NCBI GenBank assembly: GCA_965222115.1
Contig: CBDCTJ010000007.1
Location: 1,216,001 to 1,280,000, forward strand
Direction: 5' to 3'
Length of the DNA stretch: 64,000 bases
DNA from: Planctomycetota bacterium
Lineage (GTDB): Bacteria > Planctomycetota > PLA2 > JAEUHO01
Every line of letters starts with the position of its first letter. Positions within the stretch are counted from its first letter, which is position 1. Shown here in pieces: positions 10,228 to 20,349 of the stretch. Under the pieces are notes generated by a model. The model made no database searches. It was not told where the DNA came from and was given only the letters and a program-made list of their open reading frames with translations. A program made the translations under genes and the position numbers.

Positions 10228-11301
10228 CTATTTCGGTGTGGCGCGTGCCGTTGTTGGAAGATACACGCGTCCCGACACCAAAATCTCCGTAGGTGGCGCA
10301 CCGCGCATGCCCGTGTCAATCACCACCGTGTCGGTGAAAGGACCTTCCTTCATCCCGCGCGGTACTTGAATGGATACGCGCCATGTGCCGGGCTTCTTGG
10401 GGTTGGCCGCCACGGACGTGCGCAGCAAATTTGATTTGGTCTTTACACGAACTTGGCCAAAGCGCTCATTGCGATCAAAGGGGCGGAATGCCACCGACGT
10501 AGCCTTGCCGCGATCTTGTCGAACGAGTCCCATCGAAACCACGGGGCTCTGTACCCACACGGGCCCCATGACATTGGCCATAACGGGAAGTTGGACCACG
10601 GGCGTGTCGGGATGTGTCGTTCGCACGGAGACGTTTCCACGATAGAGGCCCAACGGTGGCGAGCCTTCGAGTGAAAACGTAAGCCGCCAACCTTGCCAAC
10701 GCTTCGTCTTCTCGTCGGTGTAGGGCGCCTTCTTCACTGCTACAAATGTCGATGGCAACTTGATGTCTTTGATCTCGAATGGCTTGCCTATGCCTTTGTA
10801 GGTGGCTAGCACCACGCTCGATGTTGCGGGTTTGCCCCGACGCACTTCGCCGAAGTTGATGCGACCTGGTGACAAAATTAGACCGCCGTAAATCGCAACT
10901 TTCAGTTCGATGGTCGCCACGCGGTCTTGGCCGTCGTGATAGGCGACGCGCATTTTCTTCTTGAGGTCGCCCGAGAACGTGAGCGAGCGAAATCGTATCT
11001 TGATCTCGCCTTTCTCGCCAGGCGCTACATTGGCCTTGGACGCCGTGGCGGAGTAGCAGCCACAGTCGCTCAGCACGCGAATACGAGTGACGAGTCCCGA
11101 GCCGGTGTTGGTGTAGCCAATCGTGCCGTCGAGTTCCGCGTTTTGGTTGGCGATGCCGAAATCATGCGACGTGCGCTGAAAGGTGAGCGCCTCTTTGGCA
11201 AAGCCACGTTCCGCACCCATTAGGGCAGCGGTTACACAAACCGCGAAGAGTACGACTCGTCGAAAGAAATGGCGCACGGGGCTCGCTCCAAAATCGTCCA
11301 A
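10228..11301 (-). CDS. Secreted DUF1573-like triple Ig-repeat protein (paralog of downstream gene)
   Basis: Signal peptide; HDFG...SDCGC; shares ANVxGPVWxQS and ISG/VSGRV with neighbour. Confidence 0.75.
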   Translation of the reverse strand: MDDFGASPVRHFFRRVVLFAVCVTAALMGAERGFAKEALTFQRTSHDFGIANQNAELDGTIGYTNTGSGLVTRIRVLSDCGCYSATASKANVAPGEKGEIKIRFRSLTFSGDLKKKMRVAYHDGQDRVATIELKVAIYGGLILSPGRINFGEVRRGKPATSSVVLATYKGIGKPFEIKDIKLPSTFVAVKKAPYTDEKTKRWQGWRLTFSLEGSPPLGLYRGNVSVRTTHPDTPVVQLPVMANVMGPVWVQSPVVSMGLVRQDRGKATSVAFRPFDRNERFGQVRVKTKSNLLRTSVAANPKKPGTWRVSIQVPRGMKEGPFTDTVVIDTGMRGAPPTEILVSGRVYLPTTARATPK

Positions 11302-11481
11302 TACGAAGATCCTCCAATACGAAGGACGTACTGCGCGCCAAGTTTACCCGGAAGCAGGGAGTGTCTTGCAAACCGAACTGTCTACTCCCGAGCGAGGCGC
11401 AGGAATCGAGCAAGCGTTTCGATCGGCTCCCGTGCAGGAATCCTGCCATCAGACGAAACGGGCTGGTGTACCTTGCGGCTC

Positions 11482-12474
11482 ATGACACGGGACCCAAACA
11501 GTTTGAACCATTCGCGCTGTACGGTACTCGTCACGGGTGGCGCGGGCTTCATCGGGCGCTCGCTCACATCGAGATTGCTTGAACTGCGCCATGACGTTGT
11601 GGTGTTGGATGATGGATCCACCGGCATGATCGATGACGTGCCTGGCGGGGCGCGAGTGATTGTGGGTGATGTTCGAAAGGCCGACGTCGTGTCGCGCGCG
11701 ATCAAGGGTGTCGATCTCGTCTTTCACTTGGCAGCGGCCGTGGGCCCTCGACTGGTTGCCGACGATCCGGTGGATACGTGGTCACGCAACGTCGAAGGCA
11801 CGGCAGAGGTCGTGCGCCAAGCCGCCGAGCGGCGTACGCGCCTCCTGTTTGTTTCGTCCAGTGAGGTCTACGACACCGCGCAGCGTTCGCCATCCTGCGC
11901 GATGACCGAAAGTGAAACGGTCACGTTGGATCCGCGCGGTCGTCGCGAACTCTACGCGATTTCAAAGGTTGCTAGTGAGAGCCTGATATGGGCACAGCAC
12001 CGTGCGGCTGGGCTTCCGGCAACCATCGTGCGACCGTTCAATGTGGTCGGACCCGGACAGCGCGGTCGCTACGGCATGGTGATGGCGCGTTTTGCGGAAG
12101 CGATTCGCGGCGGGCATCCGTTAGAGATCTACGGCGATGGCACCCAGCGACGTTGCTTTCTTCATGTGGACGACGCCGTGCGCGCACTCATCGCGCTTGC
12201 CAGCGAACCGGAAGCGATAGGTAAGACGATTAACGTCGGTTGCAATCACGAGACTTCGATACGCGAACTCGCGCACCGATTCGTACGCGTCGCGGGCGGC
12301 GACCATGAGATTCTCCATCGCCCGTTCGACGAGATTTATGGCGAGGACTTCCGCGATCCTCGTCGTCGCCTGCCGAGCCTCGTGCAGCTCAAGGCGTTGA
12401 TCGACTGGACGCCTGCGCGCGATCTTGATGATGTGATCGCCGACGTCTTGGGTGCGACGCCTTCCCTTACTTAA
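11482..12474 (+). CDS. NAD-dependent nucleotide-sugar epimerase/dehydratase
   Basis: TGGAGFIG, SSSEVY, YAISK, RPFNVVGP, YGDGTQRR. Confidence 0.9.
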   Translation: MTRDPNSLNHSRCTVLVTGGAGFIGRSLTSRLLELRHDVVVLDDGSTGMIDDVPGGARVIVGDVRKADVVSRAIKGVDLVFHLAAAVGPRLVADDPVDTWSRNVEGTAEVVRQAAERRTRLLFVSSSEVYDTAQRSPSCAMTESETVTLDPRGRRELYAISKVASESLIWAQHRAAGLPATIVRPFNVVGPGQRGRYGMVMARFAEAIRGGHPLEIYGDGTQRRCFLHVDDAVRALIALASEPEAIGKTINVGCNHETSIRELAHRFVRVAGGDHEILHRPFDEIYGEDFRDPRRRLPSLVQLKALIDWTPARDLDDVIADVLGATPSLT

Positions 12475-12738
12475 GCGCACCGCCCGTTGCCCCTCGCGGC
12501 GCTCCAACGAATCGCGATGCGCGTTCCATAGCGGACCGAATCTTGATCTGAACCCTTCGCCAAACCCTGTTCCCAGCTTTTGCTCGGTTGCACTCGATAG
12601 CTGGGGAGCAAACGCAGTTCGAGAGTTGACTGGTGGGTGCGTGCGAAATTCGGCTCACTCACATGTTTGGATCTGTCGAGAGAAAGGGTGAGCTTCCTCA
12701 TCCTTCCGGATTAGGGGGAGTGAGAACCAGCTTCGCCT

Positions 12739-15723
12739 CTATGGCAACCGCACCGACAGTTTGATGGTTGACGTGCCATCCGAGTCGATCTCTTGAGTGT
12801 GAATCGCGTCGCGTTTGCTCATCTCGATGAACTTGAGTCTGAATCGACCCTCGCCAAGTCCCGTGACGGTGCCTCCAGGATGGGTCCCAGCGGGTCGGGC
12901 CATTCCCGAAGTCTGGTAGTGAGGTACGCCCAAGTGTTCGGCGCGGATGAATATGGCGCTGGGTAGAGGCTTCTCGCCTTTCTCAAACGTGATCTTGAGT
13001 GTGGCGCCCTTTGAGATATCGATGGTCCCCAAGTCGGTCTCGCCGGCTTTAATGTCGATATCGCGTTTGACATACGGGACGTCGCCGTAGCGGTACACAA
13101 CCATTGACCATCGACCGGGTTCTGGTGCCTTACACTTGTAGCGACCGTTGCTTGCAATAGTCTGCGTGGCCCGTCGCTGCGTTGCAATCTCCTCCTTGAG
13201 ATCGGCAAGTGACTTTGTGAAGCGAACCGATATATCTGTCAACCTACCCCCGCTTGATCTCGGATCGGGATCGGGTGATGTGTAGTCGGAACCATTGACT
13301 TGAAACGAGACGGTAGGACCTGCCGTCAGATTGAGCACGGCCTCACCGCTGCCAACCTTGTAAGCCTGATGCGGATGCCGCATTGAGAGGACCGGGTGGT
13401 GCGCAACAAGATTGAGTGTTTCACCGCGACGCGCATGGAGTTCGAAGCTTCCGTCTTTCGCTACGCGCACAGGATTCGAGCTTGAAACACGACCCGACTT
13501 GCGGCCCGCGACCTGCACGCGAGCAAACGCAGCGCGGTGTCCACCGGGAACGGTCACCCGTCCCATTACTTTGGTTGCCGCGGTCACATCAAATATGATT
13601 TCCACCGGTTTAGAGCCCGCCACGAGCTCAAACTCGTCGGAATGAATACTGGATAGCGCTTCTACGAGGCGGTAGCGCCCGGGCTTAAAGCCACGAAACG
13701 TATACACGCCATTCACCGGTCTGTTGCCAGCCCGAAATGCGGGGTCGTCGTAGAGGCTCTCAAATGTGTGGTGGCGCTCATTCCAACGCTCAACCTTTAA
13801 CCACCCCTTCAAATCTTCGTTGCGTTTCATGACGACCCGCAGCGTTGATGTGGAATGAAGTGCGATGTCGGCACGCCAGCGATCGCCTTCCTGCTTCGTG
13901 AGCGTAGCCTCGACCTCAGCGTATCCAAGAGCAGTGAGCTTCACGCGGTGCCCTGATTGATCCCTATTGAGCGGCCATTTGAACGTCATTCGACCTTCTG
14001 AGGGCGCTTCTGTCATGAACTCGGGGATGACCCACACCAAACGGCTTCCTTGAAGCGGTGGCGCCATAAGCCTGCAACTTGATGGGAGTCGCGGTACTCC
14101 GTCAATCGTCACAAACACGTCAGCGGAGGATAATCGATGCAATGTGACGTTCATGGACACTTGCTTGCCTGCAAGCGCGATGGTTCCCACTGGGATTCCA
14201 ATATGACTCTCATCGTGGAGGTTCCACCATACGACTGCGGAGTCTGCACAGAGGCGCTCGAATGTGACGGTGCCTTGTTCGTTGGTTACGGAAGGGCCGT
14301 GTGCCCCGCGTGGCTGTGTATGGAGGCGCATCCGGACGTCTCTGGCCGGACTCCCGTCGGGCCATGCCGCGTGTACTGTGAGGTTGCACGTGTGCCGAAA
14401 CGCTATCGGTGCAACTGGTTTGCCTCTAGGAGGGATTCGCCACATGGCCCACGTCCCATTGGGCGCTTCTACATGACCCCAATCGTGGCCGGGGGGGAAG
14501 TCGTCAATGACGACGTGCCCATCTTCAACGCGCGCCTTAGGTGTGGAGCGATAATATCCATGGAGCGCTTGATACTGGACGAGTTTGAGTGCCGTGCCAT
14601 TGGCGGGTGGCGCCACCTTGGACTCGCCAATCGGAAAGCGAAGTGTCTCGTACTCATAGAGCTTGACCGTAATTTCGTTTTCGCCCTTTTGCAATATCGC
14701 GCGCTCAACACTCCACCCCGAATTTAGCATTGCCAGCTTGGGTGCGCGTGCAACTACCCAGATGTGTGTAGGGGGTGCGCCGTGAATCACGGCCTTGCCA
14801 TCTTCGCCGGTTGTGATGGGTGTCATAGGGGGTAGACAACCTATGCCTCGCGGTGGCGGCATGGTTCCTTGACCCGCAATACACACTTCCGCGTCCGCCA
14901 CCGGCTCTCCACTCGCTCCATGTACGACATTGACGGTGACGACGCGGTCTAGGGGTAGCTCCACGTCGATAACGCCGTCGGCCGGCAGTGCAATCTGTTG
15001 GTGTGCGCGTCCATAGCCGCTTGCGGCTATGAATACATCGACGATCTCACCCGAGACCAGTTCAAATGCGGTCTTCCCGTGTGTGTCCGTATGGGGCGCA
15101 GCAATGGGCGCACCGCCAACCGTTTGGCTTGCGTTCCTTCGCTCGCGTGCGTAGACCGCCGCGTTTGCAATTGGCTTTCCCGCATGCACGACACGAAGTT
15201 CTAGTCGTTGACCCCTGCTGAGTATGAGTTCAGCGACCTTGCGCTCGTTCGTGGTAAACGGAACGGAGATGCTATTTCCTGCAAAGAATGACGCACGTGC
15301 TACTCGCCCATCATGCGATGCGCGCACGCTGACCTGAGCCAAGCCAGTAACGGGAGGACGGGTGGGAAGCTCATACGTGCCGTCTTGTTTCGACTTGGTG
15401 CGCCCAACGATATCACTCTTGTAACGGGCAACAATCGTAGCGCTAGCCACGGGTCGCCGCGCCTCGTCGAGTACGCGGCCCTTGGCGATCAATGCGTTTT
15501 CCGGAGCCACGTTGTCGGGCTCAGTTTCATCGCCGGACGGTACGACGTTCTGCTTACCCGGATTGAGCGCGACTTCGGCGCCGCGAAGTTCATCGTTGCT
15601 CGCGTCCTCTGTGTTCGATGTGCTTGAGGAATCTACAATTGAGTTGTTGTCGGCGTCGCGAAACAAGAACAGATAGGCGCAAACCAAGAGCAAGACGATT
15701 GCCAGCAAGGCCACATTGCGCAT
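12739..15723 (-). CDS. Large membrane-anchored protein with repeated carboxypeptidase-regulatory-like beta-sandwich domains
   Basis: N-terminal TM; repeated GRVxD..PV..A / TD..G.F motifs. Confidence 0.75.
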   Translation of the reverse strand: MRNVALLAIVLLLVCAYLFLFRDADNNSIVDSSSTSNTEDASNDELRGAEVALNPGKQNVVPSGDETEPDNVAPENALIAKGRVLDEARRPVASATIVARYKSDIVGRTKSKQDGTYELPTRPPVTGLAQVSVRASHDGRVARASFFAGNSISVPFTTNERKVAELILSRGQRLELRVVHAGKPIANAAVYARERRNASQTVGGAPIAAPHTDTHGKTAFELVSGEIVDVFIAASGYGRAHQQIALPADGVIDVELPLDRVVTVNVVHGASGEPVADAEVCIAGQGTMPPPRGIGCLPPMTPITTGEDGKAVIHGAPPTHIWVVARAPKLAMLNSGWSVERAILQKGENEITVKLYEYETLRFPIGESKVAPPANGTALKLVQYQALHGYYRSTPKARVEDGHVVIDDFPPGHDWGHVEAPNGTWAMWRIPPRGKPVAPIAFRHTCNLTVHAAWPDGSPARDVRMRLHTQPRGAHGPSVTNEQGTVTFERLCADSAVVWWNLHDESHIGIPVGTIALAGKQVSMNVTLHRLSSADVFVTIDGVPRLPSSCRLMAPPLQGSRLVWVIPEFMTEAPSEGRMTFKWPLNRDQSGHRVKLTALGYAEVEATLTKQEGDRWRADIALHSTSTLRVVMKRNEDLKGWLKVERWNERHHTFESLYDDPAFRAGNRPVNGVYTFRGFKPGRYRLVEALSSIHSDEFELVAGSKPVEIIFDVTAATKVMGRVTVPGGHRAAFARVQVAGRKSGRVSSSNPVRVAKDGSFELHARRGETLNLVAHHPVLSMRHPHQAYKVGSGEAVLNLTAGPTVSFQVNGSDYTSPDPDPRSSGGRLTDISVRFTKSLADLKEEIATQRRATQTIASNGRYKCKAPEPGRWSMVVYRYGDVPYVKRDIDIKAGETDLGTIDISKGATLKITFEKGEKPLPSAIFIRAEHLGVPHYQTSGMARPAGTHPGGTVTGLGEGRFRLKFIEMSKRDAIHTQEIDSDGTSTIKLSVRLP

Positions 15724-15774
15724 GAGACTCTCCCACGAGCATCATACGCGCCTTGGGAGTAACAGCAATCCCGG

Positions 15775-16962
15775 CTAGACCGCATACCTCGCCGGGATAG
15801 CCGATAGTGCTTGATCCAAGTCGGCGATCAAGTCATCCACGTGTTCGATGCCAACGCTCAGGCGCAGCAGCCCATCATTGAAGCCGGCCGCTATGCGTTC
15901 TTCACGGGGAATGGAGGCATGCGTCATGATGGCGGGGCTGTCCAAAAGGCTTTCGACGCCACCAAGACTCTCTGCAAGTGCGAAGAGTTTTACAGTTTCG
16001 GCGACGGCGCGGCTGCCTTCGATATCGCCAACGACTTCAAAGGAGACCATGCCGCCGGGTCCAGACATTTGTCGCTGGGCAAGGTCGTACTGCGGATGCG
16101 ATGGCAGGCCCGGATATAGAACCTTGGTTACGGCGGGTTGCGCTTCGAGCCACGTGGCGATCTGTTTAGCGTTTTCGATGTGGCGATCCATGCGCACGTG
16201 CAAGGTCTTTGTGCCGCGCAGTACGAGGAAGCAGTCCATGGGGCCCGGTACCGCGCCGACCGCGTTTTGTAAGAAGTGGAGTCGATCAGCGAGGTCATTA
16301 TCGTTGACAATGAGTGCGCCGCCAATGACATCGCTGTGGCCTCCCAAATACTTCGTGGTGCTGTGGAGCACAATGTCGGCCCCGAGCGCAAGTGGTTGTT
16401 GCAGATAGGGCGTGATGAACGTGTTGTCTACCACCGTGAGCGCGCCGTGTTCCTTGGCGATCTTGCATGTGGCGGCAATGTCGGTAATGCGCAGCAGTGG
16501 ATTGCTGGGTGTTTCGATCCACGCGAGTTTGGTGTCTCGCGTGAATGCGCCACGAAAGGCATCCAAGTCGGTGGGATCGATGAACGTAAACGTGAGTCCT
16601 TGACGCTCAAACACCTGGCGCATCAAGCGGTACGAGCCGCCATAGAGATCGTTACAAGCAACCACGTGGTCGCCCTCCGAGAGCAAATGCAAGACGGCCG
16701 TGCCCGCCGCCATGCCGCTGGAAAACGCAATGCCATGAGCACCGTTCTCAAGGGCGGCGAGGTTGGCTTCGAGCGCGGTGCGCGTGGGGTTGGTGGTGCG
16801 TGAATAGTCGTAGCCCTTGTGGACGCCCGGTGATTCCTGCACGTAGGTACTCGTCATGTAAACCGGTGGCATGATGGCGCCTGTGCTTGGATCCGGAGAT
16901 TGGCCGGCGTGTATCGCGCGCGTTCCGAACTGATTGCCGCCGCGATGTTGGTCGTTACTCAT
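15775..16962 (-). CDS. Cystathionine gamma-lyase/synthase (Cys/Met metabolism PLP enzyme)
   Basis: YSRTTNPT, ETPSNP, DNTF, HSTTKYLGGHSD, LAESLGGVESL. Confidence 0.92.
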   Translation of the reverse strand: MSNDQHRGGNQFGTRAIHAGQSPDPSTGAIMPPVYMTSTYVQESPGVHKGYDYSRTTNPTRTALEANLAALENGAHGIAFSSGMAAGTAVLHLLSEGDHVVACNDLYGGSYRLMRQVFERQGLTFTFIDPTDLDAFRGAFTRDTKLAWIETPSNPLLRITDIAATCKIAKEHGALTVVDNTFITPYLQQPLALGADIVLHSTTKYLGGHSDVIGGALIVNDNDLADRLHFLQNAVGAVPGPMDCFLVLRGTKTLHVRMDRHIENAKQIATWLEAQPAVTKVLYPGLPSHPQYDLAQRQMSGPGGMVSFEVVGDIEGSRAVAETVKLFALAESLGGVESLLDSPAIMTHASIPREERIAAGFNDGLLRLSVGIEHVDDLIADLDQALSAIPARYAV

Positions 16963-17023
16963 GGTGAGCGTTCCTGAAGGTGTTGTGAGCCGCGCGACTG
17001 TCTATAAGCGAATCGCCATGACG

Positions 17024-18004
17024 CTAGGCGTCGGGCTCAAGCAATCCGTTCTCTTTCATCCAGTCGTCATTGTAAATCTTGCCGAGCGCTCGCTCACCGC
17101 GTTCGCAAAGCAGTACAACGACGTTTGTTTCGGCCGGGAGCGACGCGGCATATCGCAGCGCGCCCACCATGGCGGCGCCCGATGATCCGCCCGCCAAAAT
17201 GCCCTCTTCGCGCGCGAGTCGCCGCGCCATGCGGAACGATTCGCCGTCTTGCACCTGAACAACCTCGTCGAGCACATCGAAGTCGAGCGTGGACGGGAAG
17301 ATGTCTTCGCCAATGCCTTCGAGGTGATACATCCCGGCCTCAACCGTCGTCCCGTCTTTGAAAAAGTCGTAAAACAGCGAGCCCTTGGGATCTACGCCAA
17401 CGACTTTGATGCCTGGATTCTTAGTTTTCAGAAACGCGCCTGAGCCGCACACCGAGCCGCCAGTGCCCAGGCCGCCAACAAGCACGTCGACCTTGCCGCC
17501 TGTGGCGTCCCAAATCTCGGGGCCCGTCGTGTCGAAGTGAGCCTTTGGGTTGGCGGGATTGAAGAACTGATTGGCGAAGAAGCCCTTGGGCGTTTCTGCA
17601 GCAATCTTCTTTGCAACCGAATAAAATGAACGCGGATCGTCGGGCGGCACATCCGTGGGGCAAATGTGTACGTCGGCACCAAAGGCTTTGGCGAGGTTGA
17701 CCTTGTCGGCGCTCTGCTTGTCGGTGGTGACGACCACGCTCTTGTAGCCAAGTACCGATGCGACGAACGAAAGGCCCACGCCCATATTGCCCGACGTGGC
17801 CTCGACGATCGTGCTGCCGGGAACTAACTCGCCGCGCGTTTCGGCGTCTCGAATCACGCCCAATGCCGTGCGCTCTTTGACGGATCCCGCTGGATTGAAC
17901 GCTTCCAATTTGGCAATCACATTGCATGGGACATCAGCGCCGACGCGGCGTAGTCGAACGAGAGGAGTCTGGCCAACCAGCGAGAGCATGTCGTCGTGAA
18001 TCAT
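17024..18004 (-). CDS. Cysteine synthase / cystathionine beta-synthase family PLP enzyme
   Basis: KLEAFNPAGSVKER, EATSGNMG, GLGTGG, EGIG; paired with the gamma-lyase (reverse transsulfuration). Confidence 0.9.
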   Translation of the reverse strand: MIHDDMLSLVGQTPLVRLRRVGADVPCNVIAKLEAFNPAGSVKERTALGVIRDAETRGELVPGSTIVEATSGNMGVGLSFVASVLGYKSVVVTTDKQSADKVNLAKAFGADVHICPTDVPPDDPRSFYSVAKKIAAETPKGFFANQFFNPANPKAHFDTTGPEIWDATGGKVDVLVGGLGTGGSVCGSGAFLKTKNPGIKVVGVDPKGSLFYDFFKDGTTVEAGMYHLEGIGEDIFPSTLDFDVLDEVVQVQDGESFRMARRLAREEGILAGGSSGAAMVGALRYAASLPAETNVVVLLCERGERALGKIYNDDWMKENGLLEPDA

Positions 18005-18050
18005 GGCGGGATCGTATCGCGGGGGGGCCGCGGGCCTATAGTGGCGCCCC

Positions 18051-18830
18051 ATGCGCTCTACCGTGGTGGTGATTCCGTGCTTTAACGAGGCCGAACGACT
18101 GACGCCTGATGCGTTTGTCGCGGCCGTCGACGCCGATTCGAGCCTGCGCCTGCTCATGGTGGACGACGGCAGCACCGATGCTACTCGCAGCATCCTTCAA
18201 GGCCTCACTGAGCGGCACGACGGGCTATCGCTGCTTCCCTTGGATGAAAACGTTGGCAAAGCCGAGGCAGTGCGTCGTGGCATGCAGGCGGCCGTGGACA
18301 CCTTGCCAGAGTCCTCGGTGACGTTCGTGGGGTATTGGGACGCCGACCTTGCAACGCCCCTAGAGGACATTGCGCTCTTTCGCTCGCTGCTCACCGAAGA
18401 TTCGCGGCGCCTGTTGGCCATGGGCGCACGCGTGCAGCTCTTAGGGCGCCGCATTGAACGCAAGGCGCTTCGCCACTATTTGGGACGCATATTCGCCACC
18501 GTCGCAGCGCGCACACTTCGCATGCACGTCTACGACACGCAATGCGGCGCCAAGTTGTTTCGAAACGATGCGATCGTGCGCGAGATCATTGCCGAACCAT
18601 TTCTGAGCCGCTGGGTCTTCGATGTGGAGCTGCTTGCCAGATTGCGTGGGGCGTGCGCGAGTAGGAACACATCTGCGCCCCAGCGCATCGTCGAGGTGCC
18701 GCTACAGCGTTGGTTGGATGTGGCCGGCAGCAAGGTCCGCCCGCGCGACTTCGTGCGTGCCGTCGGCGAGCTTTGGCGAATCCGCTGGCGCTACGGCACG
18801 TCGTGTCGGAGGGCAGCCAAGTTCGATTGA
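18051..18830 (+). CDS. GT2 glycosyltransferase (dolichyl-phosphate glucosyltransferase-like)
   Basis: IPCFNE, DDGSTD, GKAEAVR, DADL, DTQCGAK, FDVEL. Confidence 0.9.
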   Translation: MRSTVVVIPCFNEAERLTPDAFVAAVDADSSLRLLMVDDGSTDATRSILQGLTERHDGLSLLPLDENVGKAEAVRRGMQAAVDTLPESSVTFVGYWDADLATPLEDIALFRSLLTEDSRRLLAMGARVQLLGRRIERKALRHYLGRIFATVAARTLRMHVYDTQCGAKLFRNDAIVREIIAEPFLSRWVFDVELLARLRGACASRNTSAPQRIVEVPLQRWLDVAGSKVRPRDFVRAVGELWRIRWRYGTSCRRAAKFD

Positions 18831-18920
18831 CATTGAAAGCGCCCGAATTGCGGATTCTTGGTAGCACTCGGACTGCGACGCCGCTTACAACTTCGACGAG
18901 GCACCTACTTGGAGAACCGG

Positions 18921-20339
18921 ATGCGCTGCCGTCGTGTGATCGCAGGAGTTTTGTTCGTGATGCTGGTCGGTTGGGCCGGTCCGTGCACGTCGCCTGCCTT
19001 TGCCAAGGGGAAGTCGAAGAAGGACAAGCCCAAGGAGGTCAAGCTTCGCGCTAGTACGGAGGACGCAACGGTACGTCGCATCTTTCGTCCACGTGGCGTG
19101 AAATGCGAGCAGACGTTTTTGTGGGAAGGCGTGCTTCCCACGGTGTCCTTCAAGATTAAGCGTGTGCAGGTAACAATTGCGGACACTAACAAGAATGGGC
19201 GCTTCGACGATTTAGGGACGGATGCATGTCTCATAGACGATCTTATTGAAGCCGAGCCCCTTTGGTTTGAACTGACGGATCCACTCGAAGTCGATGGCAA
19301 TGTTGTGATGGTGACGTTTGACGATAAGGGCATTCCGACGCATGCCCGTGTCGCCAATCCGGCGCCGTTTCGGCGTCTTACGCGAGTATGGGATGACTAT
19401 GGCGAGTGGGCCGACAAGATGGGGTTTCATCGAGTTCCGATGAAGCATGCTGGCGAGACGAAACGCGCGAAAGCATGGCGCGGTCTATACAAGCGGTTTT
19501 GGCTAGACGACAAGATGATCAAGCGAGAGTCAGCGTTCTTGACCAAGACGTGGATCGAGCACAACCAGCTGCGCCGTCGCCACGGGCTGAAACCGCTGCT
19601 GCTAAACCCATACTTTGGGGCGGCGTATCGGGAAGCCGGCATCTATCTCCGCACTCGAACATCGTCCGATCGCTCGAGTTTCTGGACCCAGGACACGTCG
19701 TCGCCTGCGGCAAGCGGAGCAGGCCAGTGGGCGCTCTCCAATGCAATCACGGTGCCCGTCGTCGATCCCATGCCGTCCGCCATGGACCGCATTCGATCAC
19801 GCGAAACGGTGTTGTCACCCGCCCTGGATCAAGTTGCCTACACGACCGAGGGTGGGAAGTACGGCACGTCCATGCTCGTGGGCAGGCTTCCGGTGAGAGG
19901 AACCACAAAGGAGAAGCACGCCGCCCGACCCCTCTATGGCCCCATCGTTTCGCCCGCACCGGGAATGGTCCTCATCCACCGCCGCGCGTCTCACACCGAG
20001 GTAAACGGTTCGACGTGGGCAGGCAAGGGCACGCCGATCTCTGTGAGTCTATTGGGATCGGACGCGACCGCGTTCACGGCGGCAGGCAAGGCCGAGTGCA
20101 CTTCATTCACCGTTCGAGAACACAAATCCGGCAAGCATGTGGATTGCGTACTGGTGAAGCCTTACAAGCGACCCGGTGAATCACATTGGCATAACTCGTC
20201 GTTCTGGCTCGCACCCAAGAGTGTTCTCAAAAAGAAACGCGTGTATCACGTTCACTTTGTAGGACGTGTTCAGAAGACCGCGTCCGCCCCTTGGCACCCA
20301 ATTGAGCTTATGTGGCACTTTCAGACTTCCGGCAAATAG
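18921..20339 (+). CDS. Secreted hypothetical protein with degenerate CAP/SCP-like domain
   Basis: Signal-like N-terminus; DTNKNGRFDD Ca-binding-like loop; HNQLRRRHGLKPL and RETVLSP resemble CAP motifs. Confidence 0.6.
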   Translation: MRCRRVIAGVLFVMLVGWAGPCTSPAFAKGKSKKDKPKEVKLRASTEDATVRRIFRPRGVKCEQTFLWEGVLPTVSFKIKRVQVTIADTNKNGRFDDLGTDACLIDDLIEAEPLWFELTDPLEVDGNVVMVTFDDKGIPTHARVANPAPFRRLTRVWDDYGEWADKMGFHRVPMKHAGETKRAKAWRGLYKRFWLDDKMIKRESAFLTKTWIEHNQLRRRHGLKPLLLNPYFGAAYREAGIYLRTRTSSDRSSFWTQDTSSPAASGAGQWALSNAITVPVVDPMPSAMDRIRSRETVLSPALDQVAYTTEGGKYGTSMLVGRLPVRGTTKEKHAARPLYGPIVSPAPGMVLIHRRASHTEVNGSTWAGKGTPISVSLLGSDATAFTAAGKAECTSFTVREHKSGKHVDCVLVKPYKRPGESHWHNSSFWLAPKSVLKKKRVYHVHFVGRVQKTASAPWHPIELMWHFQTSGK

Positions 20340-20349
20340 GCACAGCTAC

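Noticed and set aside
12475-12738. 76-aa ORF or mobile-element end in the convergent gap
   Set aside because: No motif, inverted repeat or terminator could be supported
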